From Isurus oxyrinchus (taxonomy: Eukaryota), in NCBI GenBank assembly GCA_026770705.1, contig JANJGN010000012.1:98084001-98148000 (forward strand): 64,000 bases of DNA, given 5' to 3'. Below are positions 14,150-28,200 of the stretch, one piece after another. The position numbers and the translations under genes are program-made. Below the pieces are notes generated by a model. The model was given only the letters and a program-made list of their open reading frames with translations, was not told the origin of the DNA and did not search any database. Position 1 is the first letter of the stretch; every line of letters begins with the position of its first letter.

Positions 14150-15180
14150 CACTGCATCTCGTCATCATCCTCCATGGATCTTGTATCAATGAGGGCCCAA
14201 GCGTGCCTGCCTCATCTGGCCAATGCAATGGACTCATCGCCAGCATCCTCACCTTCGAGGACCTCATCATCGCCAGCCACTTCGATGTCCTCCTCATTGG
14301 AGGATATGTGCAGATCCTCCATCTCCTCCTCAGCCAGGTCCTCCCCCACTTTGCAGCACCAGGTTGTTGAGCATGCAGCAAGCAACGATGATGTTTGACA
14401 TCCTCTGGTATTGTATTGCAGTGCTCCACCGGACCTGTTGAGGCACCAGAACCTTATTTTCAAAATGCCTATCGTTTGCTCCACCAAGGTCCGGGTTGTG
14501 GCATGAGCCTCGTTGTACTGTCGCTGTGCTGCAGCCTGAGGCCACTGCACGGGTGTCATCAGCCACGTCTTATGTGGGTAGCCCTTGACCCCGAGGAGCC
14601 AATCTTGCAGCGTCCCTGGAACCTGGAAGACATCAGGGATCTGAGACCTGCTAAGGATGCAGGAGTTGTGGATGCTCGCTGGGAATCATGTGAGACCTGC
14701 AGAATGTGTTTGTGGTGGTTTCACACAAGCTGAACATTCAGCGAGCTGAAGCCCTTGCAGTTGACGTAGTTGACTGCTTGTTGCCACAGAGATCTAAGTG
14801 TCACGTGAGTGCAGTCAATGGCATCCTGCACCTGTGGAAAACCTGAGATTTGCGCATATCTCAGCACTCTTGCTTCCTGGCTTTCCTGATCCCAGGCAAA
14901 ATGCACAAAGTTCTGTGCCTTCGCAAAGATGACATCCGTGACCTCCTGGATACACTTGTGCATGGAAGCTTGCAAGATCCAACACAGGTCATCTGTGGAG
15001 CCCTGGAAGGTGCCACTGGCATAAAAATTGAGCATTGTGGTCACTTTCATGGCCACTGGTAGTGGATGCCCTCTATGTCCCTGTGGCACCAAATCCTGCA
15101 GCAGGTGGCATATGTGACCAACCAGTTCCCTAGACATGCAGTCTTTGGTGACACTGGATCTCAGTCATTTGTAAGAATGA
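14150..15180 (-). pseudogene. Harbinger transposase (HARBI1-like, DDE_Tnp_4), frameshifted
   Basis: GFPQVQDAIDCTHV, YVNCKGFSSLNVQLV, YNEAHATTRTLVEQTIGILKIRFWCL, IIVACCMLNNL, acidic tail. Confidence 0.92.
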
Positions 15181-16233
15181 GAGGTGCAAATGTATTAAAA
15201 TGACATTCCTGATGCATGGCGGCGGGAAATGTGGCCCACCATTGACAATTGCTAACTGGTTTCACGATGGCATGGAACTGGCTTATGGCCTTCTCCCCCG
15301 CCCTCCGCCCGCCATGACGTCCGATGCCAACGGGGCTGGAAAATTCTGCCAGACACAAATTGTTTAGTTTCTTATCATTTCCCTATTCTCCATTATAAAT
15401 TCTCTTGTCTTCACCTGTAATAGACCCACATTTGTCCTTGCTAAACTTTTCCTTTTCACATACCTAAAAAAGATTTTACGATCTGCCTTTGTTACTCACT
15501 ATCTTGCATTCATATTCTCTTTTCCATTTCTTTATCAATTTTTTGGTCATTCTTTGCTAGATTCTAAATTGCTCCCAATCCTTGGGCTTACCACTTTTTC
15601 CTGGCAACCTTATAAGCTACTGCCTTTGATGTAATGGAATCTTTAACTTCTTTTGTTATCCACGATTAATTCATCTTTTCTGTTGCAGTTTTTTCTGTCT
15701 TAGAGGAATGTATATTTGCTGTAGACCATGTAATTGTTTTTTAAATACTAACCATGGCTGTCTACTGTCAAATCTTTTGCTGTATTTTCCCAATCCACCA
15801 TAGCCAACTTGCTCCTCAAACCTTCATAATTTCCTTTGTTCAGATTTAGGACCCTGGATTTAGAATGAATTTTATCACTTACAAACTTAACTTAAAACTC
15901 TGTCATGTTATGGTCATTATTTCCTATTGGCCCATTTACAGCAAGGTTATTGATTAGCCCCTCCTCATTAGATAATACTAAATCTAAAACAGCCAGATCC
16001 CTAGTTGGTTCCTCAATGTACTCCTCCAGAAACCTATCTTGTACACACTCTAGAAATTCATCCTGCATAGCATTAGTGCTAATTAGGTTTACCTAAACTA
16101 TATATAAATTGAAGTTGCCCTTTATTACTGTATTATCCTTGTTACATGGAGCTCTAATTTCCTGGTTTATACCAAGACTAACTTTACCACTACAGTTTGA
16201 TGGCCTGTAAACAACTCCCCACCAATGTTTGCT

Positions 16234-16390
16234 TTGGATTCCTCGACAATTCTGTGAAGAAGAGTCAAACAGACTTGAAACATTAACTCTAGTTTTTTTT
16301 CTCCACAGGTGCTATTATATCTGCTGAGTTTTTCAAGCATTTTCTGTTTTTGTTTCAGATTTCCAGTATCCGCAGTATTTTGCTTTTATT
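16234..16390 (+). mobile_element. Short PLE pseudo-LTR insertion
   Basis: 15-bp TSD CCACCAATGTTTGCT at 16219-16233 and 16391-16405. Confidence 0.85.
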
Positions 16391-18549
16391 CCACCAATGT
16401 TTGCTGTTTCTTGGCTCCACCTAAACGGATTCTACATCTTGATCCTTTGATCTAAGGTCCTCTCCCAACCCTGCCCCCGCCCCCACAACTGCCTATCCTT
16501 CCTGAATAATGAATACCCCTGAATATTCCGTTCCCAGTCCTGATCACCCTGTAACTACGTTTCTACAATCGCAATTAAATCATGCTCATTGATCTCTATT
16601 TTTGCTTTCAAGTCATCTCCCTTGTTTTGAAAGCTGCATGCATTTAGATAGAGTACCCTTAAATCCATCTTTTTAACATTATTCCATATTCTGATTCTAT
16701 CACACTACTTATACCCACTCTCATCTTATTGCAATGTCACATCTATCCCTCACAGCTGACCCTCCACAAATCTTGTCCTTTTTCCCTTTGCAAAACATTC
16801 CATAGCTCACACTCATAGGTTTCTTCTTTCTTTCCATGTAGTGGAAGAGAGCAGAGAACACCAGGGTAAGTCAGAGAAGTGGATGTAGCTGTCCAGTCAC
16901 AGCCACTTTGATAGCTGTAGGGGAGGAGGACTAGAGTTAAGCCTGGTGTTGACATGCCTGCAATTGGAGATGGCGAATTGGGGCCTTTCAGCTACCTTGT
17001 GACAGAACTAAATATCACACAGCCACGTGGCATGCTCACTCATGTTGACTTGATTTTAGCAGGCAATGAAAATTTATAATGTGTACAATAATGACTTAGA
17101 AGTCCCTCACCTTGTCAGTTCTAATTCATATCTTTTATCTACCAGAGGTCCTTCAAACAGCCTTCAGGGGATGGTATTGGTGGAGTATGAAGTCTTTCCT
17201 GAGGAGGTTATTCACTCTGAGGAAGCGCTGTCACAGGACTCATGTACATAATACAACATCACAGATATGCCCATTTTGGTGAGGCTGCCAAGACAGGTAG
17301 TTGACTTGTCACATGGTATACCACAAGTGAGCAGGAGCAGATGTTGGAAACAGTGACAGCAATGGTGAGTTCTTGTCAGAGGGCACAGAACGCTGCAAGC
17401 ATCCCCAGCTGGTTGTTGATGCTGAGCCTCAGGGACCATTGATGAAGTGGGCAACTCTGGACAAGTAGCAGAAAATGTGAGTTTCTGTCAGCATTTCTAA
17501 AGGCACTGCGCATCCTTGGAGAGGGATTAGAGGAGTCTGTCTCTAGCGTGAGTACCATGATATCTCAGGTCTTTGCGTTGATGTTCACCTCCATGGAAAG
17601 AGTGGCCATTCGCATGGTGCATCAGATGTAGCAGACAACTGAGTGCATGCAATGACCTGCCACCTTAGGCACGATGGAGGTAAGCCTCACCATGGTCATC
17701 CAGTTCCTTCATGAGGTGTAGCTCTTTGGCTGGCAGGAGGGAAGATAGAGAAAGCAGACATGGAAGTGGGGAGTATGGTCATAGTGCTTTTACTTCTGAT
17801 CCCTTGAACCTGCCCCCACCTCATTGAGTGCCCCTCCTGCTGCCTCCTGTAACAGTGACCGAATTTGCCTCTGAACATTGCATGTGGGACAGTCTTTGGG
17901 AGGCCTTCCCTTTCCCCAAAATCCAGAGAATGTCAGCCAAGAGCATTTGAGCAGTTAGAGCAGGGGAACAAACAGTTTGCCTCTAGCCACGAGGGGTGCA
18001 CCACATAGAAATAGTAGTAAAAAAAGAAGAAAAAGGCTTTGTAGTTGTACAGGAGGATTCACTTGGATGTTCAACACAGTATTATATTGTCGCATTTCTG
18101 TTTCATGTTTATTAACCATAAAATGTATTTGATTGCTTCAATTTTATGTCTTGCTTATTTTTACCTACCATTTGTGGTGACCTTGACAGTCACTGGCTAT
18201 GCCCAGCTAGTCCACTTGGCATGATGTCTTTTTTAAGGGGCTGCAAATGTCAGCACCCACCTGACTGTACCAGTGGCTCCCATACTGACCTGAAGGTTGA
18301 AGGGATGACTAGGTTACAGGCAATCATTCCAAGCTAAAAGTGATGACCTCCAAAGTATTTGCAATCACCTCCAAAACAGTGAGAACACACTGTTAGAGCA
18401 AGCCTTGTCAGCAAAAACCTTTCACTTTGGCAAATCCCATCAATCCCTGCTGTTGTTTCATCTTGTTTTCCCTCACGGGCTCCTAGAAGTTCAGGAAATT
18501 CGTGCTGACAGTTAAATTCAGAACCTTGTGTTAAATGAACAGATAATTA

Positions 18550-18870
18550 GTATTTTACATATTGAAACCATGTTGCTCTGGCTAACATTATTTTCTAAGT
18601 CCCTCGTAACCGCTTCCTTAATAATGGAATCCAGCATTTTCCTGGCGAATATTGTCAGGCTAACTTGCCTGTGGTTCGTTGTTATCTCTCTCCCTCCTTT
18701 CTTGAATAGCAGTGTTACATTTGTTACTTTCCAATCCACTGGGACAGCTTCAGAATATAGGGTGTTTTGAAAGATCACAACTAGTGGATCCACTATCTCG
18801 CAGCCATGTCTTTTAGATTCCTTGGATGTAGGTGATCAGGTCCAGAGGATTTTCAGCATTTAGCCCCTAA
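18550..18870 (-). mobile_element. CR1 LINE RT-upstream fragment
   Basis: ORF 18518-18793 DPLVVIFQN..VPVDWKVTNVTLLFKKGGRE..QVSLT. Confidence 0.85.
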
Positions 18871-21469
18871 AAGATAGGTAACAAATTATAATAAAACATC
18901 TGAGGCAGTGCACCAGGACCTGATACTATACCTGAGTTTTCCTCACATCTTTTGAACATTGTGTGCTATATATTATCTTCAAACAATATCCCTAATGTTC
19001 TGTACTGAGTACCATGCATGGCACTGTTTGTGCCCAATCACTGACCAGTAAGAAAGTATTCCCTAATGGTAGCATGGAGGGGAAGCAATAATCTCAAGAT
19101 TTGAATCAGGTTCCAAGTTTCAAGAATGCTCAAATTTCACAGGGTCTGAGACAACAGCCAACACTGGAAAAATAGACAAAATAGATCATATTAAACTTGA
19201 CTTTAAGTATTTGATCTGTGGTTAGTAAAGGCACTAAGTAACAGATCTGCAATAGAAGATAATTCATTTTTTGCACTATTGTATTACCAACTAAATGTAT
19301 CTACCACAAGTATTCACCTGTGGTCTTCAGGCTTATCTCTTTTGGTCATTGAGATCAATCCAGCCTGCTGAGTAAATGAAAAACGTAAATGATTCAATCT
19401 CATTAGCTATGAAGAGTTTGATCTTCTTTGTATCTCTTGGGTTATTGAAAACCAATTTCATGGATAATATTAGTCTGTATTTTAATGTAGTGTTTGCTAC
19501 CATTGTGGAAACTTTCATGAAGGAAAGAGCATTAAATGGAAGATTGGTTGCTGATTGATTAGCACAACGTAGCAACATGTATGAATTCTTAATACACGTA
19601 TAATTCCTCTCTGCTATTAAGGGGAGGCATAAAGGCATTTTAAAATTCCAGGTGAACACATCTGCATAATTTGCTTTGGCATGATTTCTGTTCCCAACAT
19701 GAAGACTTGTCAGATGGGAGCATGGATTGAAAATAGGACTAAAAAAGTATAGAGCCATTCTGTGAACCATGTCCAAATTTAATTAGATTTCATGGCATGA
19801 GCTGAGCCTTACAAAATGACCCTTTGTATATTGAAATGAATGACGTGGCAGTACAGAATTTCTATGTGTGCCTCAGATCAATAAATCACATGTCTGTTGC
19901 CTGAAGTTTAAATAAGTTGTGCATTGCTCATTCCAGTGCATAATCTCTCCATATAGTCTGAAACTATAATACTTGGAAAGGGCAATAGGGCAAAAAGGTA
20001 CAGAGTCACCTTGGATATCTAATGTGTGTGTGCTTAAATAAGTAAATGGGAAGCTGTTCATGTGTTAGGTTAAAAGGGTTTTTTTTTGTCTTTTGAAGTT
20101 GAAAACTGACCACATTTCATTCAATGCATTTGCAATAAAATGTGTTTCGAAGATGTTTTATTTTTCACATTAAAACTGAAACAATGACAAGTTAAATATT
20201 AAGAATAAAAGCAAAAATAGGAAGTTGCATCCTGAAAATTACTGTATAATTATAGCTCACTGCCAGTAACAAGATAAAAAAGCGCTGGTTTTGCTTTCTG
20301 TACAGATGCTTTCCAGTATATTATGGTCAGTTAAACTTCCTCGTTTCAGAATTTCTCAGTGAAAGTAATGCCAACAAAAATCCAGCATTTATTTTACTAT
20401 TCCATTGCTAAAATACTGTATGAGGCAACAGCTGCAAATGTTAGACATTTTGACCATGTGCTAACTTTATAAGACCTTCGCCAAATATGGGAGAATTATG
20501 TTGTGTACCTCCTTGCATTTTAAACTGCTTTCATTCTCTAACTGACATTTTTCCAACAATATTTTTGGTGAATTAGTTTGAACTTGACAAATGTTCTGAG
20601 AAAATGCTTTCAGCTTTGGAGCTCATTCAGCATTTCAGCCTAGATGTATCTTATAGATGTATCTTATATTGTATTGTCAGGCCTCGGTGTAGTATAAATA
20701 TCACTTTTCTGCACCATCCCCACCCCCCACAACATGGAACCTATCCCCTCCTCCCCCCACCACCTTCAATTTTCCATGATATTTAAATTAGGTCTAGCCT
20801 ACAGATTACCCCCAATGAAACTCCTGTGACTTTCTCCATAACCACAACATGGTGTTGATTTTAACCCTGACTGGTTTTGCCTTGCTGGGGGTGGGGGCGG
20901 TGGCTGCAGAGGCAAGTGTGAAAAGCATCACTGACTTAAGTTTTAGACCTGGAGTATTTGAACTTCCTGGTCACATTAAAATGTTGCTGGTCAGCATTCA
21001 TGGTCTGGTGGGCAGGGATGTTGAGAGAGTCTTCCAGGAGGGATTGGGGAGAGAGCCTAGGGCAGTGGAGGCTGCAGCTTTCCACATGTAAATTAGAGGA
21101 TCTTTTGAGTTTACAAAGAAAAGTTTTGCACTTAACTTCATCTATTCTGTCTTCAGACCAGTTGCATACCTGTTCCAACCTGGCCGGGAAGCAATGGTAC
21201 TTAATTAGGCACAGTATTACCATATTAGGACTGTGATTAGTCAAATTCATGAGGCCCCTCCCTGCCTTTAACCCTGCAGGTTAAAATCAGAAATGGCAGG
21301 ACAGGGTTGAGTTCCGAGCAGGCCTCTTCTTCCTTCTCACCATCTGGTGGCCTGTTTCAGTCTGGAGATAAAGCCACAGAAAATTCCCTGCTCTGGCCTC
21401 AGTTAAAATACAATTGAGATCTTATTAAGGACATAGAACTCCTATTAGTATTCATGCATGAAGCTCCTG

Positions 21470-21880
21470 CCAGGATCTATGGATGTTGTCTACGTGGACT
21501 TCCAGAATGCATTTGATAAGATTTGACACAAGATAATTAAAAAAAAATGTACACAATTGCAGGTAACCTTGTGACAAGGGTTGGCAATTAGTTGGGAGGC
21601 AGGAGATAAATGTATGCAAATCACTAAAAGCAGGTGCATAGGTAAGAAGGGCAATCTAATTGTCTAATGGAATAATGGCCTCTATCTCAATGGGGCTGGA
21701 ATACAAGGAAAAGTTATGCTTTTGTTATACAATGCCTTAATGAAACCCCAGGTGGATTGCTGCATTTCTTTGGGCATTGGTCCACAGGAAGCATATATTG
21801 CGCTCGGAGGGGTACAATGCAGATTCATCAAAATTGTACTGGATTTTAAAGGATTAAATTCAGGATGGATTGCATGACAT
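21470..21880 (+). mobile_element. Old CR1 fragment
   Basis: GATGTTGTCTACGTGGACTTCCAGAATGCATTTGATAAG encodes DVVYVDFQNAFDK. Confidence 0.7.
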
Positions 21881-22171
21881 AGGAATCATAGGCCAAAAAA
21901 TTTATATGGTCCATCTCTTACCTTTGACATTCCTGGTAGCCACTTGACGCAATGATAATTAAGTTGTTGCCGAACCATCTTTGTTGATTAGTCTACAACA
22001 GACCAAGAACTGAGGCAAGGAAAGCCACCAACATTGGAAAGCTTTGGGAACCAGGGGTCCAATGTCACCTGTTCCTCCCAAGCGTGCTACACTTAACATA
22101 TCTCATGTCTCAAATTACTCATACTGCATCCAAAAATATATGCAATCTATGATTGTATTAGTAAAGTAACG

Positions 22172-22807
22172 GGGCAAAATTTTTACTTCATTGGGCAGGC
22201 ATGCACCCGACCTGCTCGAGCATAAAATGACACGCGTTGACATTAGTCAAGTGTCCCGATGTCAACAAGCAATCGCGTGATATTTTGGTCATGGGCACGC
22301 GAGGGAATCAGCAGCGTGTCCACCAACAATTAAAAGACCTGCTAAGGCCATTGAAGTCTCAATTAACTGACATTTTTTGCTGCCCGTCCAACCTTATGGT
22401 TGGTGGGCAGGTGAAGAGGTCAAGCAGCCATTGCACTTTTTTGGAAACCTCATCCACAGGCGGGATGAGGTTCCCTAAAGCAAATAGAAATAAAATTAAA
22501 AATTTAAAATTTAATTAATAACATGTCCTTGCTCAGCCATGTTTTAGAACATTTTTCTTTTTTTTTGGAAACTCTTCATCTCCCTGAGCAGCTCTGTGCC
22601 TGAGGGAGATTCTCAAGCATGCACTCACACACATGTATGAAGTTTGCATTCATCCCACTTGTCCTCCTGCCCGCACAGGCAATGCTGAGTCTTAATTGAC
22701 CCGCCAGTGTGAGATCGCCTTCTCGCCTCGATTGCAGGCGGCATTTGGCTTCCTGACCACCCCTGCCTGCCCAGTTGAGCCTGCCCAACAAGGGCTAAAT
22801 TCTGCCC
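22172..22807. mobile_element. Harbinger-type MITE family 1
   Basis: GGGCAAAATTTT ... TAAATTCTGCCC; reverse-oriented homolog of 4335-5036. Confidence 0.8.
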
Positions 22808-22809
22808 AT

Positions 22810-23610
22810 AGAGTTACTTACGGAAGAGAAGGAGACCATCCAGCCCATCAAGTCCCTCTGGCTCTCTATAGGGTAATTCTGTCAGTCTATTTCCCTGCTA
22901 TATCCCAGCAGCCCTGACACTTTATGACCCTCATGTGCCTATCTAATTTCCTTTTAAAATCTGCTTCCATCACTGTCATTGGCAGGAAGTTCCAGGCCAT
23001 TATCACTCACCGCATTAAAAGATTCTTCACATCTGTCTGCACTTCTTGCCCAAAATATCAAATCTATGTCTCCTAGTCCTAATACCGTAAACTAATGGGA
23101 ATAGTTTTTCTTTTATTACATTCTCTAAATCTATCATAATCTTCTACACCACTATCAAATCTCCCCTCAGTCTCCTTTACTCCAAGGAGAACACCCCAGC
23201 TTCTCCAATCAAACCTTGTAGCTAAAATTCCTCATCTATGGAACCATTCCGGTAAATCTGCTCTACACCCATTTAGGGATCTTCACATCCTTCCTAAAGT
23301 GTGATGACCAGAAATAGAAAGTTGTGGTCTAACCCGAGCTTTATAAAGATTCAGCATAACTGGTCTGCATTTGTATTCAATGTCTTGAGGTAGATCTATT
23401 TATGAAGCCCAAGATCCCATATGCTTTGCTAACCATCTCTCAATATGTCTTGCCACTTTCGAAGATCTATGCATATGAATCTCAGATCCCTTTGTCCCTG
23501 CACACTCTTCAGAACTGTGCCATTTAGTCTATATTGCCACTTTCTATCCCTTCTCCCAAAATGCTTCACCTGCCTCTTCCTGCATTAAATTCCATTTATC
23601 ATTTTGGCCA
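22810..23610 (-). mobile_element. CR1 LINE 3' fragment
   Basis: Collinear with the CR1 pieces at 54425-55350. Confidence 0.75.
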
Positions 23611-23614
23611 CAGG

Positions 23615-24680
23615 AGGGCAAAGGACACATGAGAGACTGGTCGTTACTACCCAAAATTGTGCCACAGGGTCAAGTTCGGGAGCCAGAAGAAAAAGAGGAG
23701 GAAGTCAAAGAGACCAGAGGGAGCACCAGGGACTTCCAGATGAATGATTCATACTTGGCAGGGAGTGATCACTGCCAATCAATTGATGACGCTTTTGAGA
23801 GAGGTCCATTCCTTCCATCAAAAAGTCCACCATCTTCACACATTCCTTTCAAATCATTCCTCATGAAGAACACAAACAACAAGATAACCAATTAATGCAA
23901 TCAGTCTCTATCTACAACAACAATAAACAATGAACATTCTGCCTGTGGCTACAGTATCTGTCATTTCCCACCCAATGATCATCAACACTATCTTGTCAAA
24001 GTTTGAGTCTCATAGCAGTTGTGCTTCCCCTCCAATGGGTAGGTCTTGCTGCTGCCTGTTATGTGCTACCTGGTCCTGGAAGAGAGAGAGTGGTTTACTG
24101 TGAATGAGTGTATTTACAGGTGTGTGTGTTTGCATGTGTAATGCCACACATGGTTGAAGAGCTGTGAGATATGGCTGAGGTGCAAGTAATTGCAAACATT
24201 AAATTCTACCCTTAGTGTCTAATTAGGCGGTGGATGCAATATGTTGGGATTGTAATGCTGGTATTGATGCAGTTATTGAAAATGTGTTTGTGAGATGGGA
24301 TCTTACCTTACCATTCATGTCAAATCATTAACTTTCTTGTAGCATTGGAGCCATGTCCTGGCAGCAGTGCTCCTGGCTGTAACCTCCTCAGTCACATCCA
24401 ATACAGTAGCTGCTTCTGCGGCCTCCTTCCCCACTGTTTCCTTCTCCTTCTCTCTTGGTCCGTCAGTCATCCTTACACATGCCATTATCTCTCAGGCAGT
24501 GCAGTGGAAGTGCATGTGTGGAGGCTACACATACTACCCCACAAAAATTGCACCTAATCAACATTTCAGTGCTAAAGATACAATTTTAGCACCTCCAGGC
24601 ATGTTTAAATTATGGCAATTAGCAATTAGATCCAAAACTGGGGTCAAAATGAGACTTTTAAGCAGAATTTTAAATAGCAC
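23615..24680 (-). mobile_element. Degenerate Harbinger remnant G (Myb exons on -)
   Basis: Minus 24310-24400 reads DVTEEVTARSTAARTWLQCYKKVNDL then GTAAG; FQDQVAHNRQQQ at about 24010-24085. Confidence 0.6.
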
Positions 24681-25253
24681 AGCATCCCCTTTTTTATTAT
24701 TTGATTGAAATGTGGGCAGCGCTGGCAAGACCAGCTCATGCCTAATTTGTCGCTCATCCCTAACTGCCCTGAGATGGTGCCAGTGAACCGCCTTCATGAA
24801 AACTGTAGTCCCTCTCATACGGATACATCCACAGGGCTGTTAGGGAGGGAGTGCCTCTTTTCATTCTTTTCCCAAAATAACCCGAATCTTAAATTAGAAT
24901 TTGGCCATTGAGGAGTGAAAGTACAAAGGATTGGAAATCTGGAATGCCCGCCTCCAAAAGGTTCCGGATGCTGTTTATTGGTCTTAACTGTTATCAAAAC
25001 TCATTTTCATTCACTAAGAATGTGTTGCAAATACTCTAGTTGTTTACATGGGATAAGTATCACATGATGAAGCATTAAATTGTACTGATAAATTTCCAGA
25101 TTTGATTCAGTGCTGAGTCAGCTGATTTCTCCCAGGAAGAGCAATTGGCATAACATTCCTGGTTTACTCATAGAAAAGATAGCCAGAATTCAGCTGGAAC
25201 ATGTGCTTATATCACATGAAAGCAACATCAGGTTTTTCTGATGAAAAGACACA

Positions 25254-28200
25254 GGGTGAAATTGTCCTAGATTTTCACTAAGTGCGGTAGGGAGCGGGTA
25301 AAATGATGTTCTACCACAATGGTGGCTTCTCACTCTGTATCATCCCAAACACACCGCGTTAATTATGCATTCCCGGGAAACATGCCATTTCCATAGTGGG
25401 CAGGCTGTCATTTGCCCGCCACGCCATCACTTCGCCACTTCACGCTAGGCGCCATATTTAAAGTGCAGCCATGCGTACAGTTCTCAGTGCTTCCAGGCCA
25501 GGACTGCTGTGGAAGACAGGATGGCCCCAAAAGGCAAAAAGAATGCAGCCGTCCCCCTGGTTTAGTGATGCGTCTCTTGAGTGCCTTTTGACTGCTGTGG
25601 AGGCTCGCCGTGATGTCTTCTACCCCCACTCTGGCCACAGGATGGCAGCTGAATCACCAATCCAGCATGGGAGGCGGTGGTCAGCACCAATGCCCTACAA
25701 AAGAGGACAGCCACCCAGTGCCACTACAGGATGAATGGTCTTATCCATTCTGCCAGGGTAACTCACTCTTCTCATCACTCTTAACTCACACACTCACAAA
25801 CCCCTTCACACATCCATAGGGATCTCACATCTCAAGGGACAGCACCACTAACTCTCACACACACCCTCACATCTCCATCAGGCTCATATCCTCTAGAGTT
25901 CATATCGTCATTCATGTCCATGGCGCCGCTCACCACACAAACATTCCACGCATTGCCATGTGTCCTGCTCACACTCTGTCCATCAGTTTCCATGGATGAG
26001 AAGTCTGCTCACAACAGCAGGGAGGGGTCCCAGATTGGTCGGGGGTGGGGGGTGTGGTGGGGAGGGTGGAGTGGCCCACATTTGGCTCCTCACTCACTTT
26101 GAGGAGTGTGCCATCGTACTGATTAGCGAGGACATGGACTGTGCCTGAAATGACGGTGAGGTCAGCAGCGAACACACTCGTGAGGATCCTGCACCACATC
26201 ATCCCTCACTCAATTAAAATGTGAGTGCTCTCTCTCCTGCTTGTAACTCTGCAGATATGCACTAATTATCTCTACCTTGGTTCACAGGGAGGCTTTGCCA
26301 AATGACTGACACCCTCAGCCACCCAGTCCCTCAGCTCCATCCAGGTCCTCATCTCCAGCTAAGAGGAAACCTCCCACCACCATTGAAAAGCTGGAAATAA
26401 GCAGCCTGGAAGATCCATCACAGTGCTTATCCACATGCTCCACCATCGCAGAGGCACACACCTCACTGGGACCTAGATCTAGAGAAGGCTCAGGTCCACA
26501 CTCTGTTGTTAACCCGCTGGACAGATATCCGCAGCAGGAGGAGGCAGGTTTGGCCAAGCTCCCCAGCACCTGGAGGACTGCTGGGGATCAGTCACTTGTG
26601 GTGATGAATCTCTGGATTTGGCCTTCCAACTCATCCTGGAGAAGCAGCAGAAGGCGTGGGAACATCATGCAGAGCTGTTGGAAGTCCTCAGCAGAGTGGC
26701 ACATGAGTCAGAGGAGTATTTCCACCTGCCCTCTGATGAAGTGGTGCTCACATGTCCACATGTGGAGGTCACCATGGGGAGGATGGTGGATGCCAATGGA
26801 GACCCTGGTCCAGCAGAACGCGGAGATGTGTGCAGACCTGCACTCCATCACAAGAGCTATGGGTGAGTTCCTGCAGTGGCAGCATGAGAGGGAAATGAGG
26901 CACCTTGACATCCTCCAGGTGCTTCTTCCCCTTAAGAAGTCAGACTATGGCCCCCCCAGCACCTGAATGGAGGAAGAGCGGCAGCCGGACACCTCTGGGT
27001 CATCCACTCAGGAATCTCAGATTGTGTCCTCTCCCTCTGAGTCCCCTTTTCCCCTTTGCCTGTGAGCTCCTCAACCTTGTCCTCTGTCACCGCAGAAGGA
27101 GCAGCTGGCCAACTAGTTATTCTGGAGAGAGAAGTGTGTGTGTGGCAGGGCCTTTCGGAGCCTCATGCAACCACTCTCCCATGCACGCAGATCCTTCACG
27201 TATCATACTCACTGCAATGTCCTGAGCATTTCTAATGCTGCCTGCTAGGGTTGTCCATCTGAGCTGACCTGTAGCATTGTCCAGCCAATGATCACTCTCC
27301 CATGCAGCACTTGATCTCACCCACCATGACTGATGTTTCATTTTCAATTTGGACAGCATGGTCTTGATTCGATTTTTCATATGCTCCCCCATCTTTTCCC
27401 CTCCCCCAGTCACCCATTTCCTCTCCCCCATCATTGTTGATTCCCCCGGCATCACCTTCCAACTCCCCTCCATGACCTACCAGCCACAACCCTTTTCCTT
27501 CAAGGATGTCCAGGTGAATGTGCATGTTCCCTTCCTTCCTGAAAATCCCACTCCCATCTACATTCACCTCCCCGACCTCCTCCTTTCCACTCCCAGGGTC
27601 CACGTCTGCCTCCGAGTCCCCACCAACCACCCTCACCGTCCCTTCTACAGCTACTGTCAAACACTCACCATCACACCCTACCACCTCACTCTGTCCTCAT
27701 CATTCTCACCATTCCCTCGTCCCATGTCCAGCCTCAGTTCGCTCCCAAGAGGTCGTCATGGACTCATCAGAGCCCTCCCTTGCACATTTACCTGGACATC
27801 TCCCCCTTTGGACCCCTTCCCCCATCCCCTGACTCCTCCCCCCCTTGATCCTCCACCACTGCCCCATCCCCCGACTCCACCCCCATTTAGCCCTTTTCCC
27901 TTCCTGACGCCTTCAAGCACCCTTAATTCTTTTGCCACCTTTAGTTCTTTCCCACTCCCAATTCTTTCCTCCAGCCTTACATCTTCGTCCAGCATTACTT
28001 CTTCCCCCTCCCTGACTTCTTCAGACATCCCTGCTTCTTCTTCCAGCCTTACTTTGTCCTCCACCCTTACTCCTTCCCTCTCTGCGACTCCTTTCTCCAA
28101 CTTTACTTCTTCCAGCCTTACTGCCTCCCCTCTCCGCACTCCTTCCTCCCCCGGACCCTCTCCCCTCTCTACACTCCTTCCTCCCCCTGGACTCCCTCCC

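Larger units (their letters stand above)
11528..15350. mobile_element. PIF/Harbinger transposon copy A (two convergent genes, decayed)
   Basis: TIR-like GACAGAATCATCC / GGAAAATTCTGCC, AGA TSD, Myb gene on + and transposase on -. Confidence 0.9.
9853..16700 (-). mobile_element. Near full-ORF2 CR1 LINE (decayed), split by Harbinger A and a PLE fragment
   Basis: MTNLLEFFEDVT..YLDFQKTFDKVPH (10829-11074); RLSEWARTWQMEYHVNKCEVIH; endonuclease start LRVLYLNACS near 16650; removing Harbinger A restores GAAGACAGACACAAA. Confidence 0.88.
9235..18530 (+). mobile_element. Degenerate Harbinger-derived element C (Myb/SANT remnant), split by CR1 9853-16700
   Basis: About 9600-9710 reads KQVWLEVAEEVSSRIV...NRFFDL followed by a GTGAGT donor; a Myb-gene-like continuation follows after 16700; ends are uncertain. 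Confidence 0.5.

Noticed and set aside
14150-15180. Domesticated HARBI1/NAIF1 host genes
   Set aside because: Multiple frameshifted copies bounded by TIRs indicate decayed transposons.
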